Source: the human T2T-CHM13v2.0 reference genome, Homo sapiens
Length of the DNA stretch: 64,000 nt
NCBI GenBank assembly: GCA_009914755.4
Contig: CP068257.2
Location: forward strand, 33,632,001 to 33,696,000
Reading direction: 5' to 3'
Of the stretch, positions 56,561-64,000 are shown piece after piece; positions within the stretch are counted from its first letter, which is position 1, and the number at the start of each line of letters is the position of its first letter. The notes beneath the pieces were generated by a model. That model was not told the origin of the DNA, made no database searches, and saw only the letters and a list, made by a program, of their open reading frames with translations. A program made the position numbers and the translations under genes.

Positions 56561-57888
56561 TCTATAGAGTCTCTCCTTCTGACTTGGGCTTCTCACAGCA
56601 TGGAAGCCTCAGTCTGTGCATTCCTGAACTTCTCAGACAGCAATTTAGGACTCTAAGAGCAAGTTTTCCAAGACACTCAGGGAGAAGCTGCAAGGCTGTT
56701 GTAACCTTGCATGAGAACTACACTGTGTCACTTTTGACACCTTCTATTGGTCAAGCAAGTCACAGAGCCCACCCATACTTAAGGGTTGGGAACATAACAC
56801 TCTCATAGAAGACAGATTAGAAAATTTCTGGGCATCTTTAATCTGCCACAAGACTCATAAAGAAGACATAGGAATAAGTTCTCTCTTTTAAAACACATGG
56901 GTGTATTTTGTGAACCAGGGTTGCTTCATATATTTTTGTAGATTCATTCAATTAATTAATTAACAAAGAAAGAAATTAGGAGAAATATTTTTGGTGATGT
57001 AGTATGCCTGCTATTAACAGTTTACAGAGTTTATTTTTGTTTAAACATCCATCCTATAATATAGTTTTTATAAGTTTGAAATTGGGTGATATTATTAATT
57101 TGAAGACCAAACCAGCCAAAATTTGATTATGATCAAAATGAAATTAAAGGATGGATAAATAGTTATTCCCATCAAACTAGACTCCAAATATTTAATTAAA
57201 CTCCAAGGCTTTTAACCAAACATTTATTCCCTTAGACTCTTTTCATTTATTCTTACAAAAATCCTTGCATTTATAATTCATTTTCACTTTACTCAGCAAA
57301 TGTTCTTTTGTAATGAGTTGCTTGATATTCAAAAGACTTCTGAGTCTCTCAATTCTATTTCTGTCAAAATCAGGAAGTTGACTTTTGCCAAGAATAAATG
57401 AACTTGAATACAGAGTTTTAAATGTGGTTCAAAGGATGAAATCCTCAAATCTCAGGCCCATTCTGATGCTGGCAAGACCCTTTCTCCTGCTCAGACTATG
57501 AAATAATAATGATGCTTTTTAACAATTAAAGCTTTGGGTTCCCAAAAACCTGAATCTGTTGCTAAATTTCACTTAACAACAGGATCTTATTTTTATCTTT
57601 AGCAAATATCCTGGGACATGTATAAATACCAGGGACAAACTGCATTACAGATTTAAATTTGGGATGAAAAAATCAATATTTCAAAGTATGACAGGAACAG
57701 ATTCTATAAAATGAACACAAATCAGATACTGCATTGGCTAACTTCCAACAAAGAAAGGACACAAAAAATTGAGAAAGTGAAGTGAAATATTAAATCATAT
57801 AATAAAACTTTTCAGATATGATTTTGAAATCTTGGAGTCTTAATTTAAAACATAAGAGAAAAAAATCTAATTTAAAAATGTTAGTGTT

Positions 57889-58183
57889 GGCCGGGTGTGG
57901 TGGCTCACACCTGTAATCCCAGCACTTTAGGAGGCAGAGGCAGGCAGATCACCTGAAGTCAGGAGTTTGAGACCAGCCTGGCCAAAATGGTGAAACCCTG
58001 TCCCTACCAAAAGTACAAAAATTAGTCGGGCGTGGTGGTGTACACCTGTAGTCCCACGGGAGGCTGAGGCATAAGAATCACTTGAACCCAGGAGGTGAAG
58101 GTTGCAGTGAGCCATGATCACACCATTGCACTCCAGGCTGGGCAACAGAGTGAGACTCTGTCTCAAAAAAAAAAAAAAAAAAA
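57889..58183 (+). mobile_element. Alu SINE with A(19) tail
   Basis: GGCCGGGTGTGGTGGCTCACACCTGTAATCCCAGCACTTTAGGAGGCAGAGGCAGGCAGATCACCTGAAGTCAGGAGTTTGAGACCAGCC...GAGTGAGACTCTGTCTC followed by A(19). The TSD TAGTG(T/C)T is at 57882-57888 and 58184-58190. Confidence 0.9.
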
Positions 58184-58761
58184 TAGTGCTCTTTTGTCAT
58201 TCAATTTTTTGAAATGAGTGACGTTAAATACCAAGTTGTAATTGTTTGGATGAACATATCTAGAACCTGTAATTGTAGCAGACCAAAAAATATATGAGTT
58301 ATTTGTGAGCATTAACCAAGCACCTCCTAGATGCCGGAAGATATTTTTCCAAAGTGGATTCTTATATCTTCCTCAGAAACTTTCAAATGGACTTCTTCAA
58401 TCTGATCCATTAATGCAATTACATTTTCATTTTCCCATTTTACTTAGTGCAAAGTCAAGTTCAAGGAAATTCAATTGTATAGCCAATTGTTAGATCTCCT
58501 TCAAATCAGGTCCAAACTAGCAACATATACATACACACATGCTTCAAATAATCACATTCTAGAATCATCATTTATCTAAATTACAGTGTGTGAATAATGA
58601 ATAGTTTAATTTGGCTTCAGAGGGTAGAAAATATTAGGGGCCAGAAACAGTAGGTTTGAGAAATATGTACATGGCTGTAAACCCAGTCATGCATTCTTCT
58701 CTTAGTTACTCCAGGCCTAGGACTGAAGACAAGCAAACAGAAAGAGAAGCAGTACTCATAC

Positions 58762-58815
58762 GTGTGTGTTTGTGTGTGTGTGTGTGTCTGTGTGCGCGTG
58801 TGTGTGTGCACACGC
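58762..58815. repeat. (GT)n microsatellite, interrupted
   Basis: CGTGTGTGTTTGTGTGTGTGTGTGTGTCTGTGTGCGCGTGTGTGTGTGCACACGC. Confidence 0.9.
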
Positions 58816-59149
58816 ACTATTCGTAATCCAGATAAGATCTTCCAGGTAAGCACAAGCAATTGAGATTCAGTTCATTTTATCATTGTTTATTCTTTTATTC
58901 AATATTAATGTCCGCCAAGTGCCAAAAATGGCATTAGAAATGTTTTTGGCAGAGACCACTGGTGCCCACTGAATATCCATAGCTCCTCCATATTTCCCAG
59001 TAGTTCCACCATTCCTTGAAGTGTCTGAGTTCTTCAAGGTCTGGCAAAAGAAAATGTGAGCACTTTTGTTCTGGGGCACTCAGTAGTCACTGTGCCTCCT
59101 CTGTCCTTAATTTCCCTGCCAGGGAGACTTGGAAATTCTCTATCTTTTC

Positions 59150-59800
59150 TATTGCTGTTATAACAAATTATCACCAGCTTACTGTCTTAAACAATGCAAA
59201 CGTATTATGTTACAGTTCTGGAGGTCAGAAGGTCAACATGGGACTCCCCCAGCTAAAATCAAAGTGGCAGCAGGGTTGTGCTCCTTCTGAAGGCCCTAAA
59301 GGAGAATCTATTTCCTCCATTGTTTTCAGCCTCTAGAGGACATCTGCTTTCCTTTGCTTGTGGCCCCTTCCTCCATCCTCAAAGCCGGTAATGGCAGATC
59401 AGGTACTTCTCACATTTCTTCTGTAGTCACTGTTCTCTCTGATGCATCTGGGAGAGGTTCTCTGTTTTCAAGGATTTATATAATAGGATTGGGCTCACCT
59501 GGATAATCCAGGCTGATTACCATCTCAATGTTTGTAAACGTAATCACATCTGCAATGTCCATTTTGCCATGTAAGGTAATATATGCACAGGCTCTGGGAA
59601 GGAAGTGTGGCCATCTTTCAGGACCCTTATTCTGCCTCCATAGAAGCCATATGGGAAGATGCTGGGATGCAAGATAAAGGGGGCCTGGATCTCTGAATCA
59701 CCACATGGAGAACAGCCATTATGCACCCATGTTCAACTCTGAACAACAAGACGTAAACTTTTTTATAAATGTCCATGCTGTGAGATTTGGGGGTTATTCT
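59150..59800 (-). mobile_element. MLT1-type MaLR LTR (minus strand)
   Basis: ...TATTGCTGTTATAACAAATTATCACCAGCTTACTGTCTTAAACAATGCAAACGTATTATGTTACAGTTCTGGAGGTCAGAAGGTCAACATGGGACTCCCCCAGCTAAAATCAAAGTGGCAGCAGGGTTGTGCTCCTTCTGAAGGCCCTAAAGGAGAATC...CCATCCTCAAAGCC...GGATTGGGCTCACCTGGATAATCCAGG...AATCACATCTGCAATGTCC... parallels the reverse complement of MLT1 (CTGTTATAACAAAATACCATAGACTGGGTGGCTTAAACAACAGAAATTTATTTCTCACAGTTCTGGAGGCTGGAAGTCCAAGATCAAGGTG...). Confidence 0.65.
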
Positions 59801-62800
59801 GTGTGACAGCTACCATCAATCATTCTAACTACCATGGTGATGGTTAATAATTTGTTCAGGTTTGTTTTAGCTTTGTAGCAAAACTACAAGGCTAGACTAG
59901 CTGGACTTTCCATTCCAATAGATATAATTAATATGCATTTGCAGAAATAATGTCTCCCTTGCCTTTAAATCTCCAGCCATTAATAGAGAGCCTAAAACAA
60001 TACATTTTTGAATGGAATTGAATGAATGAATGGAAGCAAAAACAAGAAAACACATAACAATAACAATGAAAAATGTGGACAACTGAGACAGGTAGACCTA
60101 TTTTAAACAATTCTTTAAGTGAAGAGGATCATTTTGGTCAAAGGCTATTGTTCTTTCCTGGGCTGATACGAGGCCAGGATTTCTCTGGGAATCTTCCACT
60201 CCTACTCATCTCACGCTCAAGCTGGCCAGTCCACAGAAGGAGCTCCAGGGGAGCAGGATTTTGTGGTCCAGGCCTGTGGCCAAAGGTTGAGCCCTAAGAA
60301 AAATGGACCACTAAGGAGCACAGTGAGAGCAGTTTTTGTCATCCATCAGAAAACAGCATAGACTTTGGAAACAGTTCTGAGTACAAATCAGAGCTCAACA
60401 AATACTTAGCAGTGTGGTTATGGGCGAGTAACTCTGAGCCTCTGTTTACTCATCTATGAAACAAGATAATAAGCCTACCTTGCGATGGTGATGTGAGAAT
60501 TTCATGGAACATAACTAATATAGCACAGTTCCAGGCACAAAATGGGCTTTATTTGTATTATTCTGAGTCAATAGGGAAATCCTGAGAGAAAAGCAAGAAT
60601 GGGTTTAGTTTATCCTTCTATCCTGATAAATTCACCTAAAGCTTTCTCTAGATCTGAAAGTTTGGAAGATGATTTTATTCAGGCAATATGTATTCTGATT
60701 ATGTTATTTTGTATCCTAGCAACCTAGCCAGACCTAGAAGAACTTCAAGATCGACACTTAATTGTAAAACTTTAGATGGAATAATCATGTAGATTTTTGT
60801 TTGTTTTAAAGCCGTGTATTAAAAAGAAAACCATTACCATCATGTATAAGGTGATGCAAGTACTTAATTAGCAGAATTTAGTAAAACATTATTTCTAAAG
60901 CTGAGATTAATGAGCTCTCAATGTATGGAAATAAGTTTTAAAAAATAATCAATGAGAATTGTTAGGTTTTATTTATCTTCTAATAGTTTACTGCACATAT
61001 TCTCAGGTCCTGTTAGGAGAAACTAAAATATTCACTGTCTCATTTGGAAAGAAATAAACCATGTAAAAAGAAGCCAGCAAAATCCTTTTATATGTAACAT
61101 GAAGATTCGAAGAGGCTATAAATATTAATTTCAAACCAAGATCACTCAAATAGGAGGGCCCTCAAAGTGATATTGCAAATAATTTCAAGTTATGCAATAG
61201 CTCAAATGGACAAAGAACAGGAATAATTTACTATTTGCCATATGCAATGGACAGGCTGAGCGAAACAGCATTAGGCAGACAAAACCCATTCAACTATGTC
61301 AACTTAGATTTATCCGAAGGAGTCCAATGACCTGCTCAGATTGTTAATGACCATGAGAGCATACTTTCTAAAAAAAAACTTTGTATTTTAGAATAATTTT
61401 GATTTATAGAAAAGTTGCAAAGATAATACATAGTTTCCTATACCCTTACCCACTTTCTTCTATTGTTAATATCTTACATAACTGTGGTACGTTTGTTACA
61501 ACTAAGTATGCAGCATTGGTAATTTCTATGAACTGAGTCCTACCTTTTATTTGGATTTAATTAGTTTTCTTCCTGACATCCTCTTTCTGTTCCAGGATGC
61601 CATCCCACATTCCATTTGGTCATCATTGCTCCTTAGTCTCCTCTGGTCTGTTACTTTTCTAAGACATTCCTTGCTGTTCATGACCTTGACAGTTTTGAGA
61701 AGTACCACACTAAAGTGTTTTGTAAAAACCCCTCCATTTGCGTTGCCTCGTGCTTTTCTCATGACTAGCTGGGGGTTATGGGTCTTGGGAAAGAATGTCA
61801 CAGAGAGGAAGTGCCCTTCTCATCACACCATATCTGGGGCACATGGTATCAACACGGCTTATCACTGATGTTGTCAATCTTGATCACCTGGCCAAGGTAA
61901 GTTTTTCCAGGTTTCTCCACTTTAAAGGTAGAGCAGCAGTGACTTTTCTCCATCTTTCCATATTGACTTTTTAGAAGCAAGTCACTAAGCCCAGCCCACA
62001 CTCAAAGGGGCAGGGAGAAGATCTGACTCCACCTCCTGGAAATAGAGACATCTATTCACAACTCTTCTGTAAGGGAGATTCCCCGTTTCCCATTTGTGTA
62101 TTTATTTATTCAATTATTTGTTTATATCAACATAGACTCATAATTTATATCAGTATGGATCATGGAAATGTATGCTTTGGGTTACAGTCCAATTCTATGT
62201 TATTTATTTTCTTGCTGAAATTGCTCCAGCTTTGGCCACGGAGAGTTTGTTCAGGTTGGCTCCTATGCCCTTTTCTGTGTCCTCAACCTTTTGTTTTTCT
62301 AGCACTTCCTTACTTTCTGTAATTAGAAATTACTCCAGGAGCATCTTGAATTTTTCCTGTCCCAGTCCTAGAATCTATCATGTTTTCATCTATTTTTAAG
62401 AATGAAAGAAAATTATTCCCTTTAACCTAAAAATGGGCAAATTCACAGATATCTCAAAATATCACTTGTGTTTAGATTTGTTAGAGATCAATGAAGTGGC
62501 TATTTTGAGGAGCACTTTTCTGAAGAGGCATTATCTCTCCTAATGGAGCTAATGATATCAGGTATTATAAGAGTCATTAAAATTTAGAATCTGGTTGGAT
62601 GATTGATCCGTTTTTGCAACTCCGAATATTTTAGTGACAAACTTCTAGCCAAAACATCTGCATTTATATGTAGGTGAAATTAGGTATTCTCCTGCCAAAC
62701 TGAAGAATAGGTCTCAGCTGGGATAGCTCCTACCAGAGAGAAATTTGCATTGTCTTGAATGAAAGGGGTTTCAGTTGAAATATTAGTTGGGTTATGCCTG

Positions 62801-64000
62801 TAAGGGTGTTTCAGGATGAGATTAGCATTTGACTCAGTGGACTCAGTAAAGTCAATTGCCCTCCTCAATACAAGTGAGCATCATTCAATCTGTTTAGGAA
62901 CTGAAAACAACAATCACTTATTGAGTCACAGTTCTGTATGTTGGCAATCTGGGCGGGCCTCCCCTGGGAGGTTCTTCTGCTGGTCTCTCCTGGGCTCAGC
63001 CATGTGATCATCCAATGCCAGGGAGACGGAAGGAGTAACTTGTGTTGATAGCTTTACAGTTTGTGTTTCCAGTCTGTTATAAGAACTGACCATACCTTGT
63101 TCCTAGGATTCTCGAAATGCATCTGTATACTTCCAACTATATTGCCTGAATCTTTGATAATTCAAGTGAGTTTCTGTTCCTTTAGACAAAACAATGACCA
63201 AGAAAAGTTTCTTTAAGATTCTATTTTAATGTCTGTATTAATTAGAATATGTATTATCTGTCCTTCTAATAACAAAATTCGACATCCCGGTGATTTAAAA
63301 TAATAAAAACACAATTGCTGCTCATCCAGCAGAGGTGGCATTGGACGCTGTCTCCCTGGCATTACCCAATCTGTTAATGGAATGAAAACAGCAATCAGTT
63401 ATTGATTCACAGTTCTGTCTGTTGGCAATCTGAGCGGGCCTCCACTGGAAGGTTCTTCTGCTGGTCTCTCCTGGGCTCAGCGGCGTGACAGCAGTCAGCT
63501 GGTAGGTGAGTGGAGTGCAGCAGCCTGGTCTTGCCTCACGCACATGTCTGCTGCTGTGTTCCGACTGTCAGTGAGGCCCTCCCTCCACATGGTCTCTCAT
63601 ACTCAAGGAGGCCAGCCTGGGCTTCTTGCCCCCAGTATATATTTAACTTTTGAGTTTTGTGCTTTCAGGGTCAATGTTTTTCATCTCTGGATTCAGACCA
63701 CAAGTCACATACAGGCTTGTGCTTTCGGACAAGTAACTTAACTGCTCTAAACCTTTGCTATGATAATAAAAGGAGAACAGATACAAACCGCATAATGCGA
63801 TACCTGGCAAGTGGAAAGTCTCAAAAACCATCAGCTACTACAATGAGTATTGTTGTTGTTGTTATTTTTAGTATTATTATTAAATCTAACACATCCCTTC
63901 CCTGCCACGAGGTTAGGTGTGATCATGTGACTGACTTCTGGCTGAAGGAATGTGAGAAGAAATGACACAAACCATTTGTAGGCCTGACCCAGGAAAACTT

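Overview
This window reads as human (hominoid primate) nuclear DNA. It carries Alu SINEs, including a young AluY-like copy, a young L1PA-type L1 3' end, THE1 (MaLR) solo LTRs and MIRs, all families specific to primates or mammals. It is AT-rich, roughly 38-40% GC by eye, has no CpG island, and is dense in interspersed repeats: 14 Alu elements (12 of them with recognisable target-site duplications), at least 5 L1 fragments (one a 2.5 kb young L1 3' end with a 335-aa RT-domain ORF remnant), 4 THE1 solo LTRs, at least 6 MLT1-like MaLR LTRs, several MIR fragments, and many GT/CA microsatellites. Several insertions are nested: Alu into L1, Alu into MLT1, and a young Alu into an old L1 3' end. I found no convincing host protein-coding exon, no tRNA or rRNA, and no CRISPR. 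Nothing here resembles an operon-like or defence-type system, so despite the prompt's suggestion the honest reading is a gene-poor intergenic or deep-intronic stretch. The long ORFs in the six-frame track are L1 ORF2 remnants or translations through Alu, LTR and CA-repeat sequence. The items most worth a second look are: two unique CpG-retaining blocks with dense transcription-factor motif clusters (MEIS/PBX-HOX plus E-boxes at ~45.1-46.2 kb; AP-1 plus E-boxes at ~7.3-7.8 kb); a young Alu with a perfect 14-bp TSD and a 31-nt poly-A that may be polymorphic; two local segmental duplications with inverted-motif junctions (54.6/55.8 kb and 62.9/63.4 kb); a 32-bp x3 tandem repeat (VNTR candidate); a GC-rich, repeat-free, ORF-dense island at 33.9-35.5 kb; a ~90-nt polypyrimidine mirror tract; and three closely spaced inverted Alu pairs. 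All coordinates were counted by eye from the 60-column layout and may be off by a few bases.
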